A stretch of DNA of 56,640 bases, counting the filler, from Basidiobolus ranarum (taxonomy: Eukaryota), in the NCBI GenBank assembly GCA_040143965.1. It is 5 parts of 5 records of this genome, joined end to end, with 100 filler letters (N's around TTAATTAATTAA, not from the genome) between each part and the next. Parts side by side here need not be neighbours in the genome. Positions count along the whole stretch, not along the records: positions 1 to 11,292 come from JASJQH010000625.1; positions 11,393 to 22,654 come from JASJQH010000626.1; 3 more parts are not named here. One strand, given 5' to 3'. Of this stretch, positions 1 to 13,252 are shown in pieces. A program made the translations under genes and the position numbers. How positions within the stretch are numbered: the first letter of the stretch is position 1; every line of letters begins with the position of its first letter. The notes under the pieces were generated by a model that saw only the letters and a program-made list of their open reading frames with translations, searched no databases and was not told the origin of the DNA.

Positions 1-90
1 ATCCACTAGCACCTACAGAACACCAAGCCTAGCTGCCTAGCAAACCTACTCTCTACCATAACATAGCAACCCACTGCTATTCCCAAGACA
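1..90 (+). repeat. 3' end of a dispersed repeat, probably an LTR ('family B'), cut by the contig start
   Basis: 1-89 aligns closely with 43513-43601 (atccactagcacctacagaacaccaagcctagctg...tcaagac). It ends in ...GACA, an LTR-like CA terminus, and lies in CpG-free sequence. Confidence 0.7.
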
Positions 91-2855
91 TATATTAGTT
101 AGATCTGCTCTACTTATATATCCTGCTTAAACAGTTTTAAGATTCTGCACTTAACTGTTTCTTTGGTTCAGTAAAGTTCAAGACTTTTTATCCACTTTTC
201 TCTTGGACACAACACCCCCCAACCCTAACCCTTTCCTTTTATGCTGGGAGGACTGCATCCCCCAGACCCTCTCTTTTAATCCTTACCCTCCCTTACCCTT
301 ACCAGAACATCTATACCCTAAGTTCTCCAAGCCACTACTCACAGATTCTGAAAATACTTCAACATTGTATATAATTGTAAGCTTTCTTCACATTTATTTT
401 ACATTACTTATTTATTTTTATTACATGTTATAGAAAGATTTGTTTGAATTTCATAACTGCTCATGTTCAACTTTTGAGTCATTTATAATACCTTCAAGTG
501 TAGTATATGTGATTCTCAACAAAGTTAATAAATGCCCAACTCAAAAAAGATATGGATGATTGAATTTTGGCACCATTGTTATACCAGGTATCCTAATAAA
601 GTAATGATATCCGATAAATATTGTTTGACCGTTTGTTACTCAATCAGAATCCACAATGGCGATTGTAGGTTCTAATGGCAAGGCCCTCATAACCAGTATC
701 TATAAAAAGCGAATTTTACCGCTGCAATCACTGACTGTCTCATATACATATGTGTTGGTGTAGGCTGGAGCAAAGAGCAATTTCACATTCTATTGCATCA
801 AAAATGTTTTTATGTCCATCATGTATAATGCTTGAAGATATCAGTATTTGTTTCACACTTTAGTAACTGATCGATCATGGAGCAGTTTAACCTCAATGGT
901 TGTCCTCAGCCAATCTAGATTGTAGCGGACGCGGATAAAGTTTGACGTATCCGTACTATGTTGCTTGTATGTTCGTAGTTGTACGGATGATGGCGCTCTA
1001 CTGACTAATTCAGCATCCTCTTTGAAAATTACCCTCTTAGTACCACTGCAGGAGCACGATGGTATTTTATGTGGAAATACTGTGTAATAGTAATAGCACC
1101 CAAGAGGGCAACATCTTTATTGTCAAAACTGAATCCAAACTCAAGAATGGAGGCGCCACTGTGATATAACAGCCATCCAACATACACGTGAGATATAGCC
1201 CCTTCGATTTTACTAGCCAAATTCTCACTTACGCACCCCAGGTGTGCCTCATATACTACCTTATAGCTGTAGAATATCAAACTCTAGCCTGAAATATGAA
1301 AGAGCAACATGTTCATAATTTTCTTCCTAGATAAGAAAGTAAGAGGCTTGGGGATGCAATTGTCCATATCCAAAGAAACTATAAACTTTTGAAATTGAAT
1401 TTTCTTTAGCCTATCACTCTCAGATTTAGTTATGAAGATAAAAGTATTCAATCCTTAAATTAGTCATCTCTTCATTCTTTGACTTCTCAAGACCCCCTGC
1501 TCCTTTCATTAGCTCATCTTCTGCTCAGAATGCTTATGTGGGTGAAAATCTGCTCAGGTTCATTTTCCAAATTGGACTCTCATATATTGGATGAGCAGAC
1601 TAATTTTATTTAGATGCGAGCGCTTATATTACATATACCTTCTATATTCCTTTCGGTTTTGAGGAGAAAGAAGCGCCTATGTAATGATAGAATTACTTTA
1701 CACATTGTTCCTACCAATTTCAAACTGATAGCTACACTGAATTCTCCGGTTACCAGTACCGTAAACATGAATAGTATCAGTATCAAGTGCACTATTCCGG
1801 AGTTGCAATGGATAGAGTAAGGATTGATAATTTACTCATTATCTTATTGAAGTAGCGCCACAGTTATTATTTTAGTTATTATAAAATAGCAATGATTCTG
1901 CTACTTCCTGGTTTCTAAGCTGCTCATGTGCGAATTCGAATTAGTGCAGTACCTCAAGTTTCATCCACTGGTAAATGGAAAGGATTCTCACATAAAACCG
2001 GAGGGACGCATATAAATTAGATTGGTTTATCCACGATGCTTATCATTGGTTTAGTGCTTATGAAACCTGTAATGAGATCCAAGTATTAAGCTTAACTCGT
2101 ATGGAATAATCAATGTGATTTGTACAAGAATTTAATTATTAGTCAACATGATCCCTCTTCTATATATACCAACCTGGGCCACTATTCATCTTCGGTAAGT
2201 ATAATTTCTCCTGCTCAAGACGTCTTTCGCATTTTATATCATCATGCAACTTCTTTTCCAATGAAAAGGAGAGGGGCTTGCGGATCTTACTTAAAAGCCA
2301 CAGAGCACATACGCATTATGTTAGCATTTCTCTTCGGCAAACGAATGAATCCGGAGTTATCATGCCAGATGTTGCGAGTCAATCACTGCTCATCTAGTGT
2401 CTCAAAAATTAGGCACTAATAAATTTCGATTTCTAAGCGTCATCGATTACAACTTAAAAATTTCCTCATTGATTGAGAATTTGACGAAACACTCTAGCCT
2501 TCAGACGCGAAAGAATAATCTGAATACGCGAGATGGTGTCCAGGGATGGCCATTACTATCCCAGTTGTGTTGTCGATGTTTTTCAAAGTTTATTGCATTG
2601 CTATGCAACTAACCTAAAAACAACGCTAGTCACTATATAATACATGAGACGAATTTAGAGGATGGGATATTTATGTTATATTATACAAGAATGAAATTGA
2701 AAATACAAGGCGGGAGATAAAAGACTCTTCGTTGAAAGTTAACCTCTATTAGGACTTTCTATAATCTATGAAGTTGATAACATAAAATTTTGGGCCGCCA
2801 CTACTGCTGCAAAGGCAGTGGGGTTTCGAGAGGGGTTGCGCTGATGTCATATTCA

Positions 2856-3998
2856 TTAATCCTCCTTTTCTTCTGATGCATCAAATGCTTGTTTACACGA
2901 TTCATCTACTCGATAATGCCGCTTTAGCGCATCTGTTCTAGAGAAACCTCGATAGCAAAAGTTACATTTATAGGGCTTGTCGCCAGTGTGAATTCGAATG
3001 TGTCTATGCAAGTCATGACGTCTGGTGAATGTTCGTCTACAAAATTGGCATATATGAACTCTTTTGGTCGGCTTTCGCGAAGAACCCTCTGCAAAAATGG
3101 AGGATATATATAACGGATCCAAATTGGAAGTATCTGCTCGTGTATCAAAATGAACGTTGGTCCCGTATTCAAGATAAGGGTCGAAGCCAGTATGCTGTGA
3201 TGGCGGCAACTTATGTGGAGAATAGCCCACTGTATAAGGATTTCTCAACTCCATATACCCTGTACCTGATATATTTCCCTGCCAGTTTTCCCGAAAATTA
3301 CTTGGCTGTACAAGATGAGTAGAGGGCGGCATTGACATCAGTGTAGGTTGACAAAAGTATGGTGGTGGTGGCGGTGCTCCAATTCTCAGGTTGTTTTTGC
3401 TGTTGGATAGGGCGGGATTCAACGCGAATCCCTCCTCTTCCAGTAAGTGGGGTGTATTGATCATGGTATCCTCAATATTCAAGTGCGGTCTTGCTTGGGA
3501 ATTTAAATGAGTTGGCGTAGCAGCACCTAGAAAGAGAATATCAGACTCTCGATAAGAACTCGAACAATCCGACAAGTTTGTACAGCTATTCGCCCTAGGC
3601 CGTCGAGTAGAGTCAACTAAAAGACTTTCTGATAAGAGATCTGCTGACATATTATGAGGTAAATGGGGCGGCATATGATCTTCCTTTGATAGTGGGTTGT
3701 CTGAATTCAACGTATTCTCGTGGAGATACCTTTCTAACTCTCCTGAACCGTTGTTGGCCGGTACCATGAAGCTGTTGTCAATAAGCTGGTCAGGGAGCGA
3801 GTAGCTTGGGTCTGTGAGTATGTAGGAGGTATTAGCAGAACAAGGCAAGTAAGCATCTTGGCTGTTCTCTGGGATTATAGGTTGAGATTGATTCATTATA
3901 CAAGAAGAATTCCCCGGCTGAGAAGTATTATTAGAGGTAGCATCTTGGTCTATGCCATAAAAATTGAAAGAATGACAAGTAGGCTGCATCGTAAGCAT
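2856..3998 (-). CDS. C2H2 zinc-finger transcription factor (two C-terminal fingers, long low-complexity N-terminus)
   Basis: 380-aa single-exon ORF. CQFCRRTFTRRHDLHRHIRIH, a TGDKPY linker and CNFCYRGFSRTDALKRH form a canonical tandem C2H2 pair. Confidence 0.92.
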   Translation of the reverse strand: MLTMQPTCHSFNFYGIDQDATSNNTSQPGNSSCIMNQSQPIIPENSQDAYLPCSANTSYILTDPSYSLPDQLIDNSFMVPANNGSGELERYLHENTLNSDNPLSKEDHMPPHLPHNMSADLLSESLLVDSTRRPRANSCTNLSDCSSSYRESDILFLGAATPTHLNSQARPHLNIEDTMINTPHLLEEEGFALNPALSNSKNNLRIGAPPPPPYFCQPTLMSMPPSTHLVQPSNFRENWQGNISGTGYMELRNPYTVGYSPHKLPPSQHTGFDPYLEYGTNVHFDTRADTSNLDPLYISSIFAEGSSRKPTKRVHICQFCRRTFTRRHDLHRHIRIHTGDKPYKCNFCYRGFSRTDALKRHYRVDESCKQAFDASEEKED

Positions 3999-6900
3999 GA
4001 GGGATAGTGAAAGATGGGCTGTGAAATCTTCAGCAATAAATGAGACAATGTACGTGTAGCAGAAAAAACTGAAGAGTAGGAGGCAATGAATATTTATAGT
4101 TCTCCATCCATCACTTCACTCGCCAATGGCCAGAAATAACCAAATATTAATGCCTCAAAAATTAGAATAGATCTTTGTCCTAAGCTTACTGAGAAATCAT
4201 TCAGAAATCCAATCACGATTCATGTGGCCATAAAAGGGAAAAGTTAGAGTGTAAATGTCCAAATTTTTATATTCTCCTTTCTAAAAATAATCTGCTTTCA
4301 CAGTATGAAGGATTGACTTCATTTCCGAGATAACGAGATTGTCACACCGCACTATCTACCCAAACAGTATAGGGCAATGGTTACTTCAACCGCATGAAAT
4401 TAAGCACTTTAATGAACGCTTTCAATGCCATTTCTGCATCATGATTTCCGCTGGCTATTTGAAGAATCTTATTCCAAAGAGTTGTGATCCACAGAAAATG
4501 GCATTCATGGCTGTACAAATTCCTCCTGCGATTCCCTTAAAGTATATTACAGATAGACTACTGAAATTGCTTAGAATGTATGTTGATCATAGTCACTGTT
4601 GATCCAAAGATGTCTCAATCCATGTGCCTGATTCCACCGAGGGCAAATCAAATAAGCATCGGGGGGCTAAAAAGTCTTACATGAGCATTGATAAGCGTTT
4701 GATTCATAGTCTTAGTAACTGCATAAACACAAAAACAAACGCGCTTCATGATAGCCACCCACTCAACAGTTCCACTCCGTACCTCAATATCTTCTGGTAC
4801 TCCATGCGGTGAACAGATGAGTGGCTCAACGGTATGATGGAGCAGAAACACCCAGGTACAGGTTGAGAATATGATGCAGCTATCTTTCAGATGTCAGGTA
4901 CACTTGGCAACTTCATATCTTTTATGAACCACCGATTCCTGGTCATTCATTTGTGAAATATAGGCTGTATCCATTCTCGATTTCGCCGCGATAAGCTACA
5001 TTGCCAACGTCTGATCGATAACTCATCGGCTCGCTAGCTTTTCCAGAGAGCGTCAATGATTGTTAACAAGGTCTGAGGAGTGTTTTCAATAAAGCTGTTT
5101 TTAGAAAACCCAACGAAATCCACCTCGTTGCTGACGCCTCTCGAGGATATTTTGACCATTGTCTAAGTGGCGATCATCCCTGAGTGAGATATTTATCAGG
5201 TCAACCATTTCGCCTATTTAGGAAGCATTCTTCTCATTGCATAAACAACGTTGTTGAAGGGGCAGCATATCATATCCCTGGACTGGTCATGTTTGAGTAG
5301 AAGTTGTCCACCTGGTGTTAGTTTGCATCGAGAAGATGTGTATATGGTTCACTACACATTTCCTTGGGACAACTATATCCATGATGACGGACACTAGGCG
5401 AACCGTTTGGCTACCGCTGTACATAGCATGTTGATCCCGAGCTCACAATCTGAATTTAGAAGAAATATTGCATTCGTGAGAAGTGATGAAGCTCAATATT
5501 GCAATACAGATCATACAGGTATGTGATCCATTGGCTATTCGGCTTGCGAATTTGCGTAGCATAGGGGGATTATACCCAAGATAGTGTCACCATCCGAAAG
5601 GGAATATTTAGCAATGTAATTGGCCTCATCCAGCAAACACTGCCTAGCCAGTTGATTCGAAAGGAAATATGCGAGTTCAGAATTAGAATTTATTAACATA
5701 ATAGGCGGTGGAGCTTCCACAATCTCTTGTATGCGTCTGCTGTATAAGGCCATGATATAAATATCCTATACATAACCGCCATTTTTGCTCCCACTTTCGG
5801 GCTCACTCAATCCAACTTGATGTCATCCGGGTGACTAATGACTCTTCGTAGCTACTCTCAGAATCCAGGCATTCTTGGCCAAGTCAGATTACAGCTGACA
5901 CTTGAATGAATGGAGCGTCATTCAGCAACAGTTATGTCATTCACTGAACAACCCGGTTTTAGCAACTGCTCTATTTAGTTTTGTTCAGGTGTTGGGCTAG
6001 ATGGTCACATCGATTGGGCTGCTGTCTGCATGGATTCTATATGCCAGGCCTAATGCAATCCCACATTGCACCTTAAAACGAAGGGTCTCACTAGAAAAGT
6101 ACCAAAGGCACCATCCATTGGAGTCATACATGTGATCGAAACTAAGACAAAATGTGTTGTGTTGCCGCCGAATGCGCCCAATGTGTAAGACATTTGCCTC
6201 ATTATACCAATTCGTGTGTCATACTCTAAAAATCAATGATTGATGGTTTAACTAATTCCTCGATGGTTATAAGGTTTGGTTTAAATATGGCCACTAGGCT
6301 TGACAGACATCAAACAGGTTTGATAGCTATTCCATCCACCAGTTAATTTTGGTTAGGAAATTGGAGTTGGCCTTCAATTAGTGAGGGCTGCCTGATAGCA
6401 AATGATATCGGTAATCTGGCTTGCGCAGAGTTAATACGCCAATATACATATTTGAGCATCGACTGCAGCACAATGATTGCTAAATATTCTGGCCCTGATA
6501 TCTAATGCCAGATTTGCACAGGTCACTACCAAGATCAACCACTCGTGACACCAACCCTCGTATTCAACCCATGACCAATCACTGGGGAATCTATTAATAG
6601 TGGTGAGATTTCGATGTTGGTATGAATCTAAAGATCGACTTGTGACAGTCCTCAAGGTTTGCAACTTTTGGCGCGGGCTTTACTTACTCCAATTTCAAAT
6701 GAGTGAATATGCGCTTGACCATGGTGCCACTAATTGACGCCATTATGCCCCTGTGATGAAATTTTAATGGGCTGTAGCACGAAGAAAGCTCGTAGAATTG
6801 TCAGTTTCCTAATAGATAGTTCCGTATTCGATGACACTGTAATTGTGCCATGCTTAAGCACCATAAGAGTCGGTATCTCAGAGCGCCATAGGCTACTTAT

Positions 6901-8420
6901 TAGGCAACTGGTCCATCTCGATTCTCGGCCATCACCATGAAAGCGCCTGAGTGATACGACATACCACAATTAGAGACGATAAACAAAAAACCCTATTGAC
7001 TCAGTAGCAAAACTCAATCTTACATTCTTTTTACCAGATTCCAACCTGAAGTCAATTTACTAATGTCTTTGTTGCTTACACCGTGAGGCAGCTGGAGTGT
7101 TTAGATGCAGAACAAGGCCTAGGAATATCATACGCTCATCAATCTGGCGGGTGTCGGATGGACCTAATACGATAAACGGTTGCTATTGTATATTCTAGGT
7201 ATATTTATATAAATGTATATATATAGCATACCAACTGTGTACGTCTTAAACTCAACGCCACGGCCTCTATCTCTATTCATATTTACTTGAATTTGACAGA
7301 ATAGTTATCTTATACCGAACTGTCGAAATACTTTGAATGGCCACATGTATGGTGGTACATATATAGAAAGTTAGGCTTGGATTGTCATTGGATACCATCA
7401 GCTGAGGGCGTCAAGATTATGTAATAACACAGGGTGCTCACAGTACCAATGCCTATGGATATTCCACATAAAACAGATGAACTTAGAGCTTCACTAGAGC
7501 TAAATATAATGTTAGGCAAGATGAAAAAATAGCTTTTATCATTCTGGGGGGATAGACTCGATAAACTCCTAAACATAACTACTCACTATCTCCCAGCGGT
7601 ACAAGGATGGCGTAAGGTTAGTTTATTACTCGTAGAGTAGTGAACATGGCTATAAGGATTGGTAGCATTGTTGCATTCATAAAACCACTCAAGTGCTAAG
7701 CTTATTTGTCAAGTAACCTCCTCTCATCCAGGATCAGATCAACTATTCTATGAGGTTTAGAGAGAACCATGCATGATGTCATGCTATATCGTACCCAATA
7801 CCAGTTCCCATCCAATATACCAGTAACTGGGATTGATCACATTGACCGTCCCTGCCTACAACATCATGTTGATTTCTCTATTTGATATGAGCCAGCCTGA
7901 ACTTCAAGGGATCCACGTCCTATGTTGTGTAGTGTTTTGTTGTTCATCCGCGTCAAATAAGAATTCCAATGCTTTATGGATTTTCTTCAAATCAAATTGA
8001 CCGAAGGCGCATTAGAGATGTTGGGAATATTTATGGAATATTTATTAGGTATAGAACTTCAATCTATATGGCTAGGGTTAGGGTTAGGCAACAAATGATT
8101 ATTTTTATGATGGGGAGGTGTTAATTGATTGGAAATAGCGATTGTCGAGTAAGTACGTTGGTGTAACCGGTGTGGTTGTGTATAAAGCAAAAATAAGTGG
8201 AATGTATATTAAATTGAAGGGACAAAAGGTTACTACTCAATGATTCGAATTTGATGAGACGTATGAATGCATCATGTCAAAATTAGTGATCTGAAACTGA
8301 TAAGGTATTAGTTTCAGAGAGCCGAGCCGTGCCGAGCCGATTCTAAGCTGTGCAAGTATAATGGTTCTCATTCAAGTTCGATTGGCTGATAATATTCATA
8401 AATAGCCGTGCTTTTTGGTT

Positions 8421-9482
8421 TCAGGAAGCTTTCATCTTGTTCACTGGCTCACTGGTGAGAAGTGTTTGAAATCGTAAGAAGATTTTATAAAACCATAGTA
8501 TATTCAACAAGTGTAGACACCCTAGAGCTACTCCGAAGATAGTCAACAAATGCAATGGAACGGTTGGAGCTATAGGCACTATATCAACTAATGATGGCGT
8601 TAATGCATGAAACTTGGTAGTAAACGATGATTGGTAAATACCTAGCAAGTAATACAGTGAACTAAACCCATAAATAATACGCACGCAGAAGAAGATTGTT
8701 ACTAAGATCCCACTATTGACCTTGTGTTTCACCTCTCCTACAAAGCCAAGCTTATCCTTCGAAGAAATTCTTATTAGCGACAACTCGAGATAATTTCCAT
8801 AAAAATTCTCACACCATAAACCACTGAGCGTTGAGAAAAGGCGTACTAAGCTCAAACATTAAAAATATGCTACCATAATACATAACAAAGGGTCTCTAAA
8901 ATAGGAACTTTTTCAGTTAATCTTGGTTACATATGTTAGTTGAAAAATCAAGAAGCTGCTTACATAAGAAAACAGTGCAAGTACAAAGCAAGAGCAAGCA
9001 TGAATCAAGAGCCCAAAACCATATTCCTTTATATATTTAGAATAATATATCGTATCCCAAAGAAAGTAGCTATAAATGGGGTTAATCTAGTACTTGATAA
9101 ACTTTGAAAAAGAACTCATGGACAGAACCTACCCACAAGCAATTGCATAAACATCCCCAGCGTGTGAACTGTAGCCATATACTCTATCGTTACGAAGATG
9201 AGGTTCGAATCGAACAGGTAACGCGAGAATAACAATAAGAATACAGTGAAGAAAGGAAACTGCATGGGCATCCCAAGAAATCTGCTCTGCATGGCTTAAA
9301 CTTCGATAGGTTTTACGAAATACTAACGGTGACAATGCGCGAGACAGGCAAAATGTGCCTTGGCATGCAGCCGCTGATAATAACACCACTTTCCAATGAA
9401 AAGCTAATTTCTCAAAGCCAAATTCGCGAAAGATTGTTTGTATAGATTGTTCTAACGTTGGGCCACTTACCGTGGAGCTCAT
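8421..9482 (-). CDS. TLC (TRAM/LAG1/CLN8) domain membrane protein, TMEM56/Tda4-like, ~272 aa
   Basis: Exons 9482-9133, 9069-8964, 8895-8815, 8756-8642 and 8587-8421 join in frame over GT-AG introns. Motifs WDAHAVSFLH, GYFLWD, FELSTPFLN, FFCVRI and LNILWF are typical of TLC proteins. Confidence 0.88.
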
Positions 9483-9871
9483 TAGGTGAAATCAGTGAGC
9501 GGACTCGGACTTAACAAGAAACAAGAGCTACGTGAAAACACTACCGAAGACACCTATATACTACCAATATAACCACCCCTTTGCACGAGCTTTTACTCTT
9601 TAGAAGACAATCAAGAGTGCCACATTGCCAAATCATCTAATCAACCAAATTTTATCCAATCAGATAATCTCTTCATTCGATAGATTTAGATTTATACAGC
9701 AAGATACAATTTCACATGTCAGACTTGATGGGCTTGTTTAAATTCATTAGTTTGGAATACTAAACTGTAGTTTTAAATTAGAAGTTTAATTATGAATCAG
9801 AACACAATTCTTTGAAGTATAAGTGTATAGGAATGTCTGCTACCGTCTCCAGTCATCTACTAGCGATATAA

Positions 9872-10336
9872 CTAATTCCAAGATAAAATGGCAATACCGC
9901 CGGCCATAACTAGTCCTAGAATTGATATGGTATTCAAAGATCCAGCATTGATTAGAGTTGGTCTTGCAAGAGTGGGAGTGGGACCAGTTCTAAGAAACAT
10001 ATACAACAGTTTAATATCATAATATGTTGACATAATTCATACCAATTACCTCACGGCACTTCCTGTGGATCTTGCGCTCATAGACGATCCGGATACGTTT
10101 GTGGCACTAGACATACCGCTAGCAGAGCCATTTGGCGATGAGCCTCCAGTAGCAGTAGGTCTGGAACCAGTTGGGGATGCATTCCTTACACTACTTCCAC
10201 CAGAAGGACTGGCTCCAGAGTCACCAGATGAGTCCCGCCCGCTGGAAGAATCATCGTCCATATCACCACCCATAGATTGCGCATTCACAGCCAAAGCTAG
10301 TAAGAATACAACGAGGAGAAATTTAAATAGATTCAT
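9872..10336 (-). CDS. Small secreted Ser/Gly/Thr-rich protein with a predicted GPI-anchor signal, 134 aa
   Basis: Exon 1 10336-10050 carries a signal peptide (MNLFKFLLVVFLLALAVNA). Intron 10049-9990 is GTAATT..TAG. Exon 2 9989-9872 encodes ...PTLINAGSLNTISILGLVMAGGIAILSWN*, a small-residue omega site plus hydrophobic tail. Confidence 0.8.
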
Positions 10337-11292
10337 GGTGCAGAAATTCAGTGACTTGGCTGGAGATATGCTATTTTAGCTAATTCAGCAACATTGAAGT
10401 TTTCATTTATATATCACCAAAAACTCATCTGGATCCCGGAGACTATCGTAAGTTGGTGTTGTATGTGTATAGTGATCTCCTGCATCATCCCTAAAATTGA
10501 ACTATGAGCCCTTGAAACAAACACCATCAACGATTTCTTGTGAGATACATAGGTGTATTGTTCTGGGTAAAAGAATCCCGAAACCTGTAGTTCACAGCAT
10601 AATGAAGGAGTCGAAGGATCGGCCTTAGGAGCATGCATGCTGAGAATCGATTAAGGGCATCATTAACATGTGAGCATCGATATGTTCCCTGATTGTTGAC
10701 CTTAATGGTTCATTGGGTATCTGGAATAACCGATAATTTGGATAAACTAGCAGGTACGACCAAAATACTCCATTTCGCTGCCAGTTGTTTAAAGGCCAGT
10801 TATACATATGATTCAGTATTTGTGACCCAACGTCATCATCCTCTTTGCACTAAAACCAATTTCTATTCTAGGGACAGACTAATTTGATCCACAAAATGGT
10901 AGCACTCCTAGACGTTATCCCATCCATCATTTAGGATTGATTTGAAAGGGATCTTTAGAGTTAGCTCTCGTTACATGGAATCATGATATGGAGTGATGTG
11001 ATGTAGCCTGCAAAATTGATAGTCAATTATTTGTCAATTTGCTTATAAGCCCCTGGCCCAACAGCACACTCCTACCGAAAATAGATGGTGTATATGTGAC
11101 ATGTGTAGAAATGACCATTGTTCTCTTATAGAGGCTTCAAAGCAGAATGGCGCCCAAGGTGGCACCGGAGTAGAATGAAGCTCAAGACGGATGATGATAG
11201 GCGTATAGAAATGACTTGGTTTGTGTTTGAATCACCTATTTGGAAATAACTGTCAGCTGGAGGGAACTCACCACTAATACAAAAAGTATGGC

Positions 11293-11392
11293 NNNNNNNN
11301 NNNNNNNNNNNNNNNNNNNNNNNNNNNNNNNNNNNNTTAATTAATTAANNNNNNNNNNNNNNNNNNNNNNNNNNNNNNNNNNNNNNNNNNNN
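11293..11392. other. Artificial contig linker
   Basis: 44 N + TTAATTAATTAA (stops in all six frames) + 44 N. Confidence 0.98.
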
Positions 11393-12309
11393 TAAAGCAT
11401 ATTGATGTTGTAGAGTTATGTCTAATCAGTCAAATATGTGCATATGTAGAGACTAAACACAACAAGATTCTTGTATTTTTTGATTCTCATTATGGCTGGA
11501 ATATAAAGCCTAAAATAACTTAATAAAGGCATGCAAATTGATTTGAATTCCTACAGCAGTAAACTCAGTAATTTGCCATTTGAAAATTTTATTTTTGCAA
11601 AAATTGCCAGATATTGAATAATGCATGCCAAATTTGAGGATCAATATTTTAACATGTATGAATACCATCAAGATACCATCAAGAAACCACCATCACACCA
11701 TCAAAATTCCTGGCAGAATGCAAGTCACCAATATTGTGATGGTTCTCTGATGGTTTTGCTCTTTTGGAGGGTGGATCCAATCCAGATCAAATTGATTTTA
11801 TTTTTGTTAGGGGCATATGACACTAGCACAATACTTTACTCAACCAATAATGATTGGAGTGACTCATCCTGGGGTGCCATTGGAAGTGGAGGCATATCAT
11901 CAACTATATGGCATATTCAAGCAAGTTCTAGGAATTCAGAACTTGCTGGTGAAGAAGCAGATATCTCTTTGTCATGTCCCTCCTTCAGCAGTATAAAATA
12001 CCTTCCTTTCCATGCCTTTGGCCTGAGGGGATATTGGCATTGATGCTGGTGCTTGGTCAGTTGCCAATAATTGCTTAGATACTGGTGGTATCTTTTTACA
12101 TTCTTCCAATAACTTGGCATGTTGTAGTTCTGAAATCTGCTACTACATTTGAATTTATGCATATTTTATTATAAAGCTTTCAAATCATTTATGATTGTAA
12201 TTTGGGTGTTTATTAGTGTAGAAGTGGTACAGATCCAAAATAGTCTTAGACTGCATATATGGTACACATCATCAATCAAATGCTCACTCCCTAGTTGGTA
12301 TTCTCAAAA

Positions 12310-12460
12310 TTTACCAACTACAATATTCCAAGATAATCAAGGTGGTGTCAGATTAGCTTGAAATCACATGTTTCATGCTAGAAGCAAACACCTAGATATT
12401 AGACATCATTTTATTAGAGAGACTATTGCACACAAGTTTATTGACTTTATCCTATATTGC
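12310..12460 (+). mobile_element. Ty1/copia RNase H C-terminal remnant
   Basis: Translates PTTIFQDNQGGVRLA*NHMFHARSKHLDIRHHFIRE, matching the copia DNQxA...H-x-R-x-KHIDIRxHFIRE signature, with an internal stop. Confidence 0.9.
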
Positions 12461-12738
12461 ACTAAGATATCACCCATTATTCTCAATTGGAATTTATTTA
12501 GAATATTATTAGCATCTTAGAAGTTCTCAGATATATTGATTTTTCAAGCCTGTGCTAGAAGCCCCAAACTTTGCACACATGTTTCTGGGACATTTCTTAA
12601 CAAAATCTACATGTTGGCTTGTTTACATCTTGACAAAAGTATAAATGTCAACTTTCTACTAAATAAATCAACAAGTGAAAACCACCAATTTCTCTAATTC
12701 TCCAAACCACTTCCAACAGGCTCCCAAATACTTTAATA
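12452..12738 (+). mobile_element. 5'-truncated copia LTR (family A)
   Basis: Aligns with the 3' ~285 bp of the LTRs at 43602-43947 and 43948-44294 (gtgctagaagcc...catcttgacaaaa...ccaacaggctcccaaatactttaa). Confidence 0.9.
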
Positions 12739-13252
12739 TAGGCTATGCCAATTTCAGCACAAATCATATATTTCTTCTAATTTTCTTAAATACTTGCAAT
12801 TCATCCCATATACTCACAACAGGCTCAAGATCTTACAATCGCTGGTTTGGTAGAATAAATCTATCTAAATCAATGTGGGAAATGAAGAAAATACAATAAG
12901 GTTACGTTAGTGCAAAAGTAGTGAGGATTAATGCTAAAAAATTATTGATAGGGTTGGAAATTTGGTCATGATATTTCTTGGTAATGAAATAAAATTGTGG
13001 TATGATATATCAAGTACATCAACATTAAATATTTGGAACATAACCCTAGTACGAAACTATTAGTTAATGAACAATGTTAGCACAGTTGGATATGATTTTT
13101 ATTTGATGGTTACAAACTAAAAATACAAAACTTGTTCTAGTAGAGGTTTAATGACAAGTATGATGAAATTAAGAAAAAAATTGGACTAATAAATAAGGAC
13201 ATCATTGAATATAATGATAAATATGATCGTTCAATATTCTTACACCGATGGT

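Noticed and set aside
600-2800. Short ORFs (e.g. 1029-1280, 2120-2419)
   Set aside because: No recognisable motifs or consistent exon chain; an apparent upstream extension of 1029-1280 is broken by a stop and a frameshift.
8073-8088. TTAGGG-like runs here, at 221-232 and at 54963-54974
   Set aside because: Only 2-2.5 units each and internal; too short to call telomeric or regulatory.
4000-8400. 4.4-kb region with many 60-90 aa ORFs
   Set aside because: No protein signature; consistent with a long upstream region of the C2H2 transcription factor plus chance ORFs.
11337-11348. TTAATTAATTAA palindrome recurring every ~11.3 kb
   Set aside because: Synthetic linker flanked by Ns; not biological periodicity or a CRISPR repeat.
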